64,000 bases of DNA. Source: Octopus sinensis. Lineage: Eukaryota. Each line of letters starts with the position of its first letter. The first letter of the stretch is position 1. Below are positions 1-11,791 of this stretch, piece by piece. The position numbers and the translations under genes are program-made. The DNA lies in NCBI RefSeq assembly GCF_006345805.1, contig NC_043001.1:93310001-93374000 (forward strand). The letters run 5' to 3'. The notes beneath the pieces are model-generated. The model was not told where the DNA came from and made no database searches. It saw nothing but the letters and a program-made list of their open reading frames with translations.

Positions 1-48
1 GGCTAATGTCATTTTTATTTTCCATGCACTTACATAAAAGACCACGTA

Positions 49-77
49 TGTATATATATGTGTGTATATATACATAT

Positions 78-148
<71 letters not shown>

Positions 149-210
149 CATACATACATACATACATACACACCAACATACATACATACATACATACATA
201 CATACATACA
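49..210. repeat. Compound (TA)n/(TACA)n microsatellite, representative of dozens of similar tracts across the window
   Basis: Visible directly. Similar tracts at e.g. 3000-3190, 13180-13270, 20480-20630, 30400-30700, 43050-43230 and 62370-62760 generate the [10 protein letters not shown] ORFs. Confidence 0.98.
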
Positions 211-1145
211 TAAAGATATAGACAAATTTATTCTGTTGCAGAATTACTCCGGAACCAAAGAGCTGCTTGGGTTGAACATTCTTGTTGGCGCCATGGTCTT
301 GGCTATGGAATCTTGCCAAAATAATCGAAACGTAACTTAAGCATATGCAACAAAGAATCTCTGACTATAGATGTGTCGCTTTGCACTGGAGATATTAAAT
401 ATTATAGTCCTTACTTGTTGTAATTAGAAGGTGCAACGCTGAACTGAATAAATATAATACTCGGAAGATTTAACGACACTGTTTTCTCGTAAATCCGCCT
501 TCCATTTTGCTCGAGAAATTCTATTCTTTCAATTTTAATATGCGACCAGGAAAATAGCCAATTCTCTTGATGTTGTTAGGGCTTAAATTCTCAGCATAAA
601 TAACACAGGATTAGTTGTTGAGTGTCATCGATTGGAAGGAATCAAAATTGATTGCACTGTCACACAGATATACATACATATATGTATGGAGAATGGCAGG
701 GAATAAAAGAGGTAGAGATAGATACATAAGAAGAGGTAGAGAGAGAGAGAGAGAGAGAGAGAAAAAGGGAGAGAGAAAGAGAGAATGAGAAAGAGATAGA
801 CAGAGAGCGGGGTAAAGAGTAGAATTGTGTATGTGAAAAATATTTTTGTGATTTTTACGTACACACACACGTGTGTGTTTGTATGAGAGAACAAGTGTGT
901 GTCTGTGTGTGTATGTGTGTGTATGTGAGTGTGTATGTGCGTGTATATGTGTGTGTATGTACGTGTGTGTGTATGTATGTGTGTGTGCGTGTGATGTTAT
1001 TGCATGGTGTCAGTTTGTATATGCGTATCTGTTCGAGAAACACTAATGAAAAACCGCGAACGTATGAGTGAGGTAGAAAGAGAGAAATAGAGAATAACAG
1101 AAATATAGAGATAGAGAAACAGACTGATAGATAAATAGATAGAGA

Positions 1146-1177
<32 letters not shown>

Positions 1178-1483
1178 GCGATAGAAAGATTGATAGGTAG
1201 AAAAAGAGAAAAATGAGAGAGTACGAGCGATCAAGCTACAGAGAAAGAAAGTGAGATAGATAGATATAGATAGATGTAGATAGACAGACATATAGATAGA
1301 TAGATATACAGACAGATAGACAGACAGAAAAGAAGACAGACAGATAGATAGATAGATTGTTTGATTGATTGATAGATAAATGGATAGAAAGTGAGAAAAA
1401 TGAAAGCGAGCGAGCTACAGAGAAAGAAAATGAGATAGCTAGATAGTGATAGATAAATAGATAGATAGATAGAGAGAGAGGGT

Positions 1484-1539
<56 letters not shown>

Positions 1540-1847
1540 ATATGTTAAAACGCAGAAGAAAACTAGCAAAGATATGATAAAAATTGAAGAAGCACGAGCG
1601 AAATGAAAGATAAAATGTGAGAATAAAAGAAATATGAAAACAATCAGAAAGATGAGAGCAAAGAGAAGGAAGAGAAGTGTAGAAGAAGGACGGTCTACAA
1701 TGAAAAAGTGTAACTTCATACAGACTAAAGATGTGTTAAGTCAGATGTAGTGACAGATTGGTAAGAGAGAGCGAATGCTCGTGAATAACAAATCAGAGAA
1801 GAGAGTGAGAACGAGGCAAATAGAGAGAGAGAGATGAATTGACAAAA

Positions 1848-1928
<81 letters not shown>

Positions 1929-2510
1929 GGGATAAAAGCATTTATTAGAAAGCGTGAGTGAGAAGGAAAAAAGATGGCGATGATTGTTTCTGAACATTCA
2001 TAGCTGAAAGGAGATTCCGAAACATTTCCAGCTTTCAATCGTTTCGAAATGGTTTACTATTTCATAAAGGGAAAGAAACGTGTTCACAATGGTTAACAAT
2101 TTTAGCCCAGCTTAAAGATGTAACATGATCAGTTCTGGGCAAAACCCAACAAAGTAGATTGAAAAATGATGCCAATTTCCAGTGAATATAATATTCAAAA
2201 TGTTTGCCTCACGGTGAATTAATTAAGTAGACATTTGATCTAACTTCGTGAGGCGTTATGGCTTGCAAGGCGAAAGCTTAAATAAATTGCGTGTGCGGGC
2301 AATATATATATAATATATATTATATATTTGCCCGCATATATATATGTATATATATATATATGTTGTGTGTAATGTATATATATATATTTGCCCGCATATA
2401 TATATATATATCTAATGTATATATATATATTTTGTGTATATATATAGTGGTATATATATATATGTTATACATACATATATATGTGTGTGTATATATATAT
2501 ATATATATGC

Positions 2511-2561
<51 letters not shown>

Positions 2562-2996
2562 CACACACATATAATATACACATATATATATATATAACAC
2601 ATATATATATATTATATATATATAAAAGTCTGTGTGTGTATATATATATATGCACACACACAGACACACACATATACGTATTATGATGTATGTATGTATG
2701 TATGTATGTATGTATGTATGTATGTATGTATTCTTAATTCGAATGTGATAGTCATAAAATTTTGCGGAAAGTTTTGTCTCAATATTTATGATTTCGGAAC
2801 GTGCTTTTTGGTAATTAAATGTAATAACGTGGTTTCTTTCCTTAATTTATATCTATGTTGCACACTAATAAGAACCTTCTAGTATACGTTTCTTCTTTTT
2901 TTGTTACGATTAAATTAATACCTTCCGCACAGCCTATTAAATAAATAAAAAACGAGACAATACTAGTTGGATAAAATAAAAAATAAAAGGAAGACG

Positions 2997-3172
<176 letters not shown>

Positions 3173-3579
3173 TATATATATATTTATGTATGAATGATTG
3201 GAATCAAAGGAGAAGGATGGAAATTTAGTCATTTTCAGTTTGGTAGTGATCCAATTATGTTAGAATAGTAAGAATGTAGTTCGAAATTGTATTCTGTCGT
3301 ATAATTGAAGTGTAACGAGATTTTCTGTCGAAAGTCATCTTACGTTATTAAGGAGAGAAAGAAATAAGAAAATAACTCGTAATCTAAAGATTTTTTTTTT
3401 CTGTTATTTGAATTGAAAGTAATTTCCATGAAATCAAAGAGTCGACGGTTCATATCTTGCATCTACTGTGCTCTCCTGTACTACTGTGTATTATAGAGGC
3501 ATTAAACAGAAGTATATACATAGTTGCTCGACTTTCTAGAATTAGCAGCCGTATCTTTCTCGAATCCTACGCACTTGTA

Positions 3580-4146
3580 TTGGGTTGTCCGGAAAGTTCG
3601 TGCCGATTTATCGTAGCTTACCTTTCGACTTATTTTAGAACATGGTTCAGTCCATAAAATAGGATTTGACTACACCTCGATTTAGAACACAGTTTAAGCC
3701 ATATTTTCGTGGAAGAAGGTTTATGTTTCTATAATCTGTGTTAATTCTATAACTCTTTAAAATGGAAGATAAGAAAGTTCATTTTCGGCACTTGATGCCT
3801 TGGGATTCAGACAAAAATTGCTGCAGCTCGGCTGGGATATGTTACCCCACCTTCCATATTCACCAGATATTGCTCCTTCGGATTTCCACTTATTCAGGTC
3901 TCTGCAGAATAGTCTTAATGGTAAAAATTTCAATTCCTTGGAAGACGTAAAAAGATACCTTGATGAATTCTTTGCCATAAAACCACTTCAATTCTAGGAA
4001 GAGGGTAGTTTCAAGCTAAAGGAAATATGGAGACACATTGTGCAACAAAATGGCTCATATATGGTTGAATAAAAATGTAATGGCAAGTATTTATTGACCT
4101 TTTTTCTCCCCTTTAAAAATCGGCACGAACTTTCCGGACAGCCCAA
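3580..4146 (+). mobile_element. Internally deleted mariner (Tc1/mariner) element
   Basis: 30-bp TIRs: TTGGGTTGTCCGGAAAGTTCGTGCCGATTT at 3580-3609 and its reverse complement ending at 4146 (1 mismatch). TA on both sides (3578-79, 4147-48). Transposase N-terminus MEDKKVHFRHLM at 3762 is joined to the C-terminus GWDMLPHLPYSPDIAPSDFHLFRSLQNSL (mariner YSPDLAPSD-type motif), with an in-frame stop at ~3995. Confidence 0.95.
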
Positions 4147-4818
4147 TATTTGTACAAAAAACACAGAGGACACATTATGTAGTTCTAGATTCCGATAAAA
4201 TGACGGTACACAAGTCTGAAGTAGTTTTTCTATCAGGGTTCACGTGATAAGACTCCACCACCGCCACCATCACGGCCACAAGCACCACAAACCACAACTG
4301 TCACTAATTTCGCAAGACAAATGCAAGACAACAAAAACCGAATCTTTGACATCTATTTCGTTAGCTTCCTCTTGCTAAACCTATGACACATAAAGGACAT
4401 GAAAAAACCCCAAAAGAACTGACATTTTCAGTAAAGTACATACTGCAAAATTGGTGAAGAAGTTTCATTACCTGCGAAAAATATAAAAGTAAATTCTGAA
4501 GCACTTTAAGCCAGTTGATTAATATCACACATGCGAAATATTTTTCATAGTTTTTCCTATTAGGATTTGAATTCACTAATGATAGAAGCTAAATAGTCTC
4601 TAATTATACGGAGTTTCTTTCGCTTACTACATTAATAAGCCATATTGACTCGTAGTTATATTTAAGGAAACTGAGACATAGTACCTAGTTGTAGGCTAGC
4701 AAACAGCGTGTAGAGTAGAAGTGAATATGTATATTTAGGGAGCTCTAAGTATACACATTCACGACTGCAAAATAGTAGACAAAGTTAAATAAACTGGTGA
4801 GATATAATACCTAATTAT

Positions 4819-5228
4819 GGATCTTTTCGGTTTGAACGGCAGTCTTTTCTAGCGGTATCATATGAAACTGTCACCTATAATTATGACCCTAGTATCGATC
4901 TATTGCATTTCAATCTGTTTTAGGGTTGGAGGTGGGGGGAAGGGTATATTTTTTTCTTCAGAAATGTAAATAAAACCAATTTGTTTCTTAAACGAGGGAC
5001 ATATTCATACGGCACAGAATGTTGTTCACCTCAATACACGTCATTGATTGGTTGAAACTGCAGAAATTGAAGAAAAAACCAACAAAATCTTACAAACTAT
5101 AGAATTTTCTCAATAAAGCCAAGAGAAAAAGATGTTTTATAAACACATTCTACCAGTATACGAAGTTTAAAAGTGTTTAGTTACGTGGAAATTATTTTTA
5201 AAAACTGCCGTTCAAACCGACAAGATCC
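4819..5228. mobile_element. MITE / non-autonomous DNA transposon, probably hAT-type
   Basis: 28-bp TIRs GGATCTT(T/G)TCGGTTTGAACGGCAGT(C/T)TT, 26/28 match. Flanks CTAATTAT (4811-4818) and TTAATTAT (5229-5236) form an 8-bp TSD with 1 mismatch. No ORF inside. Confidence 0.8.
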
Positions 5229-6074
5229 TTAATTATAGCTAAGTAAACTGACACAACAGTGTTAGGCATCTTTGCTATGGATACCGGGCGTTGACATTGA
5301 TGGGATGCGAACAATCTATGTTTCCAGTCATTATTTATTCGGTCAACTATATTACCGTATCCTTATTTTATAGATCACGAAACAGTTGTTATCAGAAAAC
5401 ATTCAGAAAGAATTACAACTGTGATTAAAGTTTTTTTTTTTAAACAAAAAACAAACAAAAGTAATAAATAATACCGAAGAATTAAAGAAGAATAGAAAGA
5501 AAATCAAAATGCAGGAAAGAAATCAATTAATTGCAACAATAACAATAAGAAAAACAAAATAACAAGCCTATCATATTTATCATCTCGTCTTTAACTTCAA
5601 GATAGAATTTATTGTTTGTTTGCTTTGTTCTTTCTAATGATCTTTCGAAGCAGAAAATTGTAATATATGTTAGGAGGTTGGGGTGAAGGGGTTGTAACTT
5701 CTGTTTAATGGGTTTTGGTTGTCTCGAAATTTATGGTCGCTGTGAAGACCCTGAGTGAATAGAAGAAAACAAAAATGAAACAAACTATTTGTTATTGTTG
5801 TTGTTGTTGCTGATATTCATATCATTTTTGAAAAAAAAAAACAAAAATTATTATTTATGTAATCTTGTGTTTGTATCAATGCCATTGCTGTTGTAGTTGT
5901 TGTAAGTAATGTTGTTCTGGACATTAATGGTTTCGTATTAGTATTAATGGTAGTTAGTTGCTGACGTTTTTTTATTTTTTTGTTCTTGTTTATATACCTT
6001 GTAACTGTGGGTGTGTTTATTCTTCTAATTACCGCTCTGTCGTTGTTATGGCATTTCTCTCATCATTCTTATCG

Positions 6075-6123
6075 ATGTAGCAGCAGCAGCAGCAGCAACA
6101 GCAGAAGTAGTAGTAGTAGAAAT

Positions 6124-6188
<65 letters not shown>

Positions 6189-6271
6189 AGTAGTAGTAGT
6201 AGTAGAAGCAGTAGCCGCAACAATGGATGGTAATAGTAGAAGCAGTAGCAGCTGCTGCAGAAGTAGCATTA

Positions 6272-6330
<59 letters not shown>

Positions 6331-6350
6331 GTTAATATTCTTCTTCTTCC

Positions 6351-6394
<44 letters not shown>

Positions 6395-6399
6395 TTCTT

Positions 6400-6430
<31 letters not shown>

Positions 6431-6475
6431 TTATTATTATTATTATTATTATTAGTAGTAGTAGTAGTAGTAATG
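6075..6475. repeat. Compound trinucleotide microsatellite (AGC/AGT/ATT/CTT blocks)
   Basis: Visible directly. Explains the polyS/polyI/polyL ORFs at 5980-6726 and 6069-6548. Confidence 0.95.
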
Positions 6476-6696
6476 TAGAGGTCGTAGTCTTAGTATTAGC
6501 AGCAGTTATTTCTGCCGCATTAATATACAACTGTTTGCAATTGCACAAACTACATCAGCTGCTGCTGTTGTTACAGAAAATATTCTTCCCAGAGCTGAGA
6601 CTGCAATCGATTCTGCTGTTGAGGGTTCTACTGTCATTCCTAGAGCTGACGCTTTCTTTTGAGCAAGGCATGACTGACACAACATTTTATTTCACG

Positions 6697-6761
6697 TCTC
6701 AGATTTCAGGTATTATGCAAACCTGAAATCTGAGAGAACGGAAGTTAACAATCTGTTAACT
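6697..6761. other. Two adjacent perfect hairpins (15-bp and 8-bp stems)
   Basis: TCTCAGATTTCAGGT (6697-6711), 9-nt loop, ACCTGAAATCTGAGA (6721-6735); then AGTTAACA-ATC-TGTTAACT (6743-6761). Confidence 0.9.
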
Positions 6762-7809
6762 CTTAGAAATGAATGAACTTCAGAGATTTTCCTCAAGAAG
6801 GAAGCAAGAGTCCTCGAAATCGTTGCTATAACTATTGATAAAATATAGTAAGACAGAAGACGTGATTTAAGCAACCTCTTTTTCCGGCATCGATTCTTCA
6901 TCGAAAGGAGTTAACTTTATGTATAACACCTGGGTATTAGGAATTAATGAATCTTACAACACACCCAAGTATCCATAATTGCACCAACGCAAATGGATTG
7001 ACATGATCAGTCTAACGTACTACAAACGCTGTTGCACATACACGTACAATCTCTTTCTCTTTCTCTCTGCCTTTTTCAATTGCCACTTCAAATACTGCCT
7101 ATCTTGTAGCGACAGCAGAAGCCCCATCAGAAATTACTAGTTGTTTCTCACCTCTACTCAAGACCACCAAACTCATCTCTATGTTCTCTTATAACACACA
7201 ATCGCCTGTTGCTCGCAACGCTCACTGTAACTTATTCATTCAAACCTTCTTATGCAGTAGAATTTCCATCTCGCCCACTTCTAGACATCGACTTCCCAAA
7301 GCTTAAACCAAATATCAACTATTATCAATGTCCCCAGCCTCACAGGGATTACAAAGGTCATGTGTGCTACGATATTTCTTTGATAGAACCATAACGAAAA
7401 CTGTTCTCTTACTTCTGTTACAGTTGTTAAAAACATTTTATCTTGAAGTGACTGAAGGTAAAATATTGCAGTGAATAAGCAGTCTATTGTAATATATATT
7501 GGTGAACTTCAAGAAAGGTGAGAAATTCATGGAGGCAATATGTGAACTCAGAATAGATGGATGGAACTAATCATTCTAAGAACTTTAATCTGACAGTTCT
7601 GACATTTAATTGCTCTTGAAATTGGCGAAACAATTGCTTTTTCATATTTTCGAAGTCTATTGTTTATTATTGTTGTTGCTGTTATTTTGAAATTAATTTT
7701 GTTATTATTAACACTTTTGAAGCTGCCAATGTTGTTATTGTTGCTTCTGTGTCCAGCTAATTTTGTAAGGTTTGAAATCAATAAGGCTTATATATCTATT
7801 ATGTTGTTG

Positions 7810-8215
7810 TCTATCCTTAGGTAAGCCGTGATCGAGTAGGTCTATAACCAGAGGAGTCCCATGGTGAATATTCATGGCATGATTAAAGGTATTTTCCTGC
7901 TATTTCTAGCAGATTAAGTTACTGCCTTATAGCGCACTCTGCCTTTTCCAGGTATTTTGTTTCTCTTCTTGGTATTAGAATTTGAATTTTCTCCCATGCC
8001 AAGCTGGCATTCTAGTTTCGATATCAACGCGTGATACGAGCAAGATGGTATATTAAGTTATCTCTTTTTACGTTCATAGGTGAAAAATAGCGATGTTGAA
8101 GGGGTTACCTCCAGTATGAAATATTTTACCATCTATGTGTTCGGTCGACCAGGACGAAATAGCAACCAAACCTGCCTCAGATCACAATCTATTGTCTTAA
8201 ACAAAAGGATGAAGA
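7810..8215. mobile_element. Old degenerate interspersed repeat (SINE-like)
   Basis: GAAATAGCAACCAAACCTGCCTCAGATCACA (~8155) resembles 24790-24820 and the reverse complements of ~7890-7910 and ~44795-44825. Highly diverged. Confidence 0.4.
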
Positions 8216-9093
8216 ATATCGTCTTAGGCTCCCTTGTTGTTCTTCATTGAAATTAATGTTACTGCTGTAGTTATTGCCATTTTTGAAGCTATCATTGGTG
8301 CTATTGTTGCTATTGTTGTTAAATTCGCGAGGATTGCAATTATTGCCTCTCACAGCATTCGATAATGTAGTGCTAGGGGGTTATACAACAACAACAGCAA
8401 CAACAACAGCAAAAAGCCCCAACAATAATCAGCTCATTTCAAACTATTTTTGAATCACTTAAAATTATATAAAAATTGTAAACTTCAATATTATACCTTT
8501 GCCGTTGTTAACGCTAGAAATTTTGTTGCTGTTGTTATGTTTTATATTCTTCCATGTTATTAAAGATGTTAACGCTGATGTTGATGTTGATTTAGCTATT
8601 GCTGTTGATATGTGCAGCATCAAATACACCTATTATTCTTCCTGCTGTTAAAGCTGTTGCTCTTCATATTGAACTATCAAACACTATTTTCACCTAGTTT
8701 AACGTCTCTCGGTTACAATTACGGTCGAATAGAATTGAAAAATTAAAAAAAAAAGCACATCAAATATTTCCACTTGAAAGCAGAGATTTAACATTTTATT
8801 AAGAGACTTATTATACCATCCATTATCTCTCTCCACCCCCACTATGACTCTCGCCCTCCCCATCTCTCTACCTTTCTCGTTTATCTCACTCACGCACAAC
8901 CTCTCGTTATCCATCTTTCACTCTATATATCGCCATCACTTTTACTACGTCTATTTATCACTGACAGTTGCCTTAGGCTTTCCTTTAATAATACTCACAC
9001 ATTAATCTCTCTCCTTTTCCCAACAACGTTACATGCTCTTTCCTTATATATATATGGATATATAAATTTATAGATACATGTATATACTATATG

Positions 9094-9183
<90 letters not shown>

Positions 9184-9456
9184 ATATATATATCTGGATA
9201 TGTGGAGGTATGTATATACGTATATTATATATATATATACTTACATACACAGACACATATATTGCTGCACACACGTATATATATATGTTATATGAGTGTA
9301 TGTATATATATATATGTGTGTCTGTGTACACACATATAACATATACATATACGTGTGTGCAGCAATATATGTGTGTGTGTAAGTATATATATATATATAC
9401 ATATATGTTATACATACATGCATACATACATACATGCTTATGTATATGTATATATA

Positions 9457-9861
9457 TTCTTTTACTCTTTTACTTGTTTCAGTCATGTGACTGCGGCCAT
9501 GCTGGAGCACCGCCTTAAGTCGAGCAAATCGACCCCAGGACTTATTCTTTGTAAGCCTAGTACTTATTCTATCGGCTCTTTTGCCGAACCGCTAATTTAC
9601 GGGGACGTAACACACCAGCATCGTTTGTCAAGCGATGTTGGGGGACAAACACAGACACACAAACATATACACACATATACATATATATACAAATACATGA
9701 CGGGCTTCTTTCAGTTTCCGTCTGCCAAATCCACTCACAAGGCTTTGGGTGACTAGAGGTTATAGTAGAAGACACTTGCCCAAAGTGCCTCGCAATGAGA
9801 CTGAACCCGGAACCATGCGGTTCATAAGCAAGCTACTTACCACACAGCCACTCATACACCT
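9457..9861 (-). mobile_element. tRNA-derived SINE, family B (internal CA/TA microsatellite)
   Basis: Minus-strand head GAGTGGCTGTGTGG (A box) ... GGTTCAGTCTC (B-box-like); 3' tail CAGTCACATGACTGAAACAAGTAAAAGAGTAAAAG. Near-identical copies occur at 19971, 20703, 31491 and 56647. Confidence 0.9.
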
Positions 9862-9972
9862 ACAATATATTTAAATTTGAATGTAAGTACACGCGTGAAC
9901 AAAGGAAGAAAAGTAGCACTCAACACATTTAGTTAGAGTTTTAATATTTAATAACAGTTTAACTCAGGTCCT

Positions 9973-10022
9973 CATTACTTAATGTTTCGTGGACACGTTG
10001 GACACATCCACCTCTTTAGATG
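9973..10022 (-). ncRNA. Degenerate type I hammerhead-like motif in a Penelope-like remnant (~9880-10030)
   Basis: Minus strand: CAT-CTAAAGA-G-GTGGA..TCCAC-GAAAC-ATTAA-GTA-ATG. The G5A change in the core would be inactivating. Confidence 0.4.
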
Positions 10023-10544
10023 TTCATAGCCATAAATACACACACACACACACATACACACATATACTTCCCAATTATTAAATTTATCTTATTTGCATCT
10101 GGTCTTTTGTCACTCTATATCTTCATCACTTCTCGCTACCCTTCTACCACCCCTTCTACTTCAATGGTTCCTTCCACTTCTGGCTATCCCCTCTACTGTC
10201 CCTTCTCTTTCAACCTTTATATTTGTAAGCACTGCTAGACAACTCGCATTTGCAGCTCTACATTTCAACAGCCAACTTACTTTTACACTCTTGTATGGAT
10301 TTGTTACCGGTCGCACACATATTATATCATGCACATATTACTTATGGATATTGTTATGTAAGCTAGGGCCATTTTGAAACAGCTGTTGAGATAAGACTTT
10401 ACATAATTTTTTCTTAATTTTATATGTATTGTGTGCTCCATATAAATATATATCGCAAGACTAACTCCACACACACACACACATACATATGTATGTGTGT
10501 GTGTGTGTGTGTGTATGTGCGTGTGTGTGCGTGCTTATACATTA

Positions 10545-10672
10545 CTTTCTGTTGAAGAGCGTAGGCTCGAAACGTAAAAGACTTTCTCACTTACCCGAGC
10601 GTCAAACTAATGCACCTGCTTGTTGTTCATACACCTTTCTTCGTCTTTTGTTTCTTTTTGTAAATTTCAACG

Positions 10673-10680
<8 letters not shown>
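10545..10680 (+). mobile_element. Short repeat with hammerhead-like head (Penelope-like terminal fragment), copy 1
   Basis: CTTT-CTGTTGA-A-GAGC(GTAG)GCTC-GAAAC-GTA-AAAG at 10545-10580. Homologous copy at 63560-63690. Both end in (TA)n. Confidence 0.55.
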
Positions 10681-10729
<49 letters not shown>

Positions 10730-11587
10730 TGTGAAACCATTTAAGCATCTAGGCTTCTACAAATAAATCATCTCAGTCACCCAGTGCATTTTTCAGCTGC
10801 GGTATAAATAACTTTCTTCTCTCTGTCTCTGTCACTCTGTGTATGTATGTATGTATGTATGTATGTATGTATGTATGTATGTATGTTATATATATATATA
10901 TATATATATTAATATATATATATATATATATATATATGAATGTATATATATGCGTACATATATACACACATATACGCAAACGTGAATTTATATTTATTCA
11001 CATGACTCTAAATATCTAAGGCCTATAGTCACGTCCATGTGGATCATCTTAAGGACACTCACACACAAACACTTTTAACTTTTAGTCCTCGCAGTTTTAC
11101 CATCATAGTCGTAGTAGCAGTAGTAATAGCAGCGGTAAATCGGAATACATGAATTAGAAGCGGACTGAAGTTATATAGCTTTCGTCGTTGCTTCATTTTC
11201 AAATTATACAGTGGGTTGTCGCTCTGCAAAATAAACTTTGTTTAGGAAGAGGCGATTATAAATATTTACACATAAAACGTGTTAAAGAGATAACTATTGG
11301 GAAATTGAAAAGGTTGGGTATTTCCCTTATGCAATTATGGCCTCTGGACACGCTGCAAGACCTTTAACATCCTCATCTCTTTGCTGAGCCTGTTGACAGA
11401 CCTTCCGTCAACAATTTTGTTTGCCAGCCATATTAGCAGCGTTGGTCAAACAGCTTCTCTACTTTCATATTCTAATAACTACGTTGGCTTCTGTTATTAT
11501 TTTTAGCTTTAGTTAATATGTGCTACTGCTTTGATTCCTCTTTCACTTTTCAAATTGATAATCTGCTATTTTTGATTTTTAAAAATT

Positions 11588-11640
<53 letters not shown>

Positions 11641-11752
11641 GCATTTGTGTGCATTCTACTGTGATTAAATGCTTGATATCTTCTTCTTACAAAGTATGAA
11701 GATTAAGGAGTATTAGGTTGACGATGCTCTCAACGGTGACGATGATAATGAC

Positions 11753-11791
<39 letters not shown>

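Noticed and set aside
1998-2032. CTGAAA-GGA(GAT)TCC-GAAAC hammerhead-like string
   Set aside because: Core is one nucleotide short and no stem I or cleavage triplet can be formed.
6575-6662. Frame reading ENILPRAETAIDSAVEGSTVIPRADAFF* as a possible terminal exon
   Set aside because: It lies in degenerate NCT/NTT triplet sequence that is naturally stop-poor, and I recall no homologue.
5980-6726. 248-aa ORF, the longest in the track
   Set aside because: Almost entirely trinucleotide microsatellite (polyS/I/L). Such repeats lack stops in some frames.
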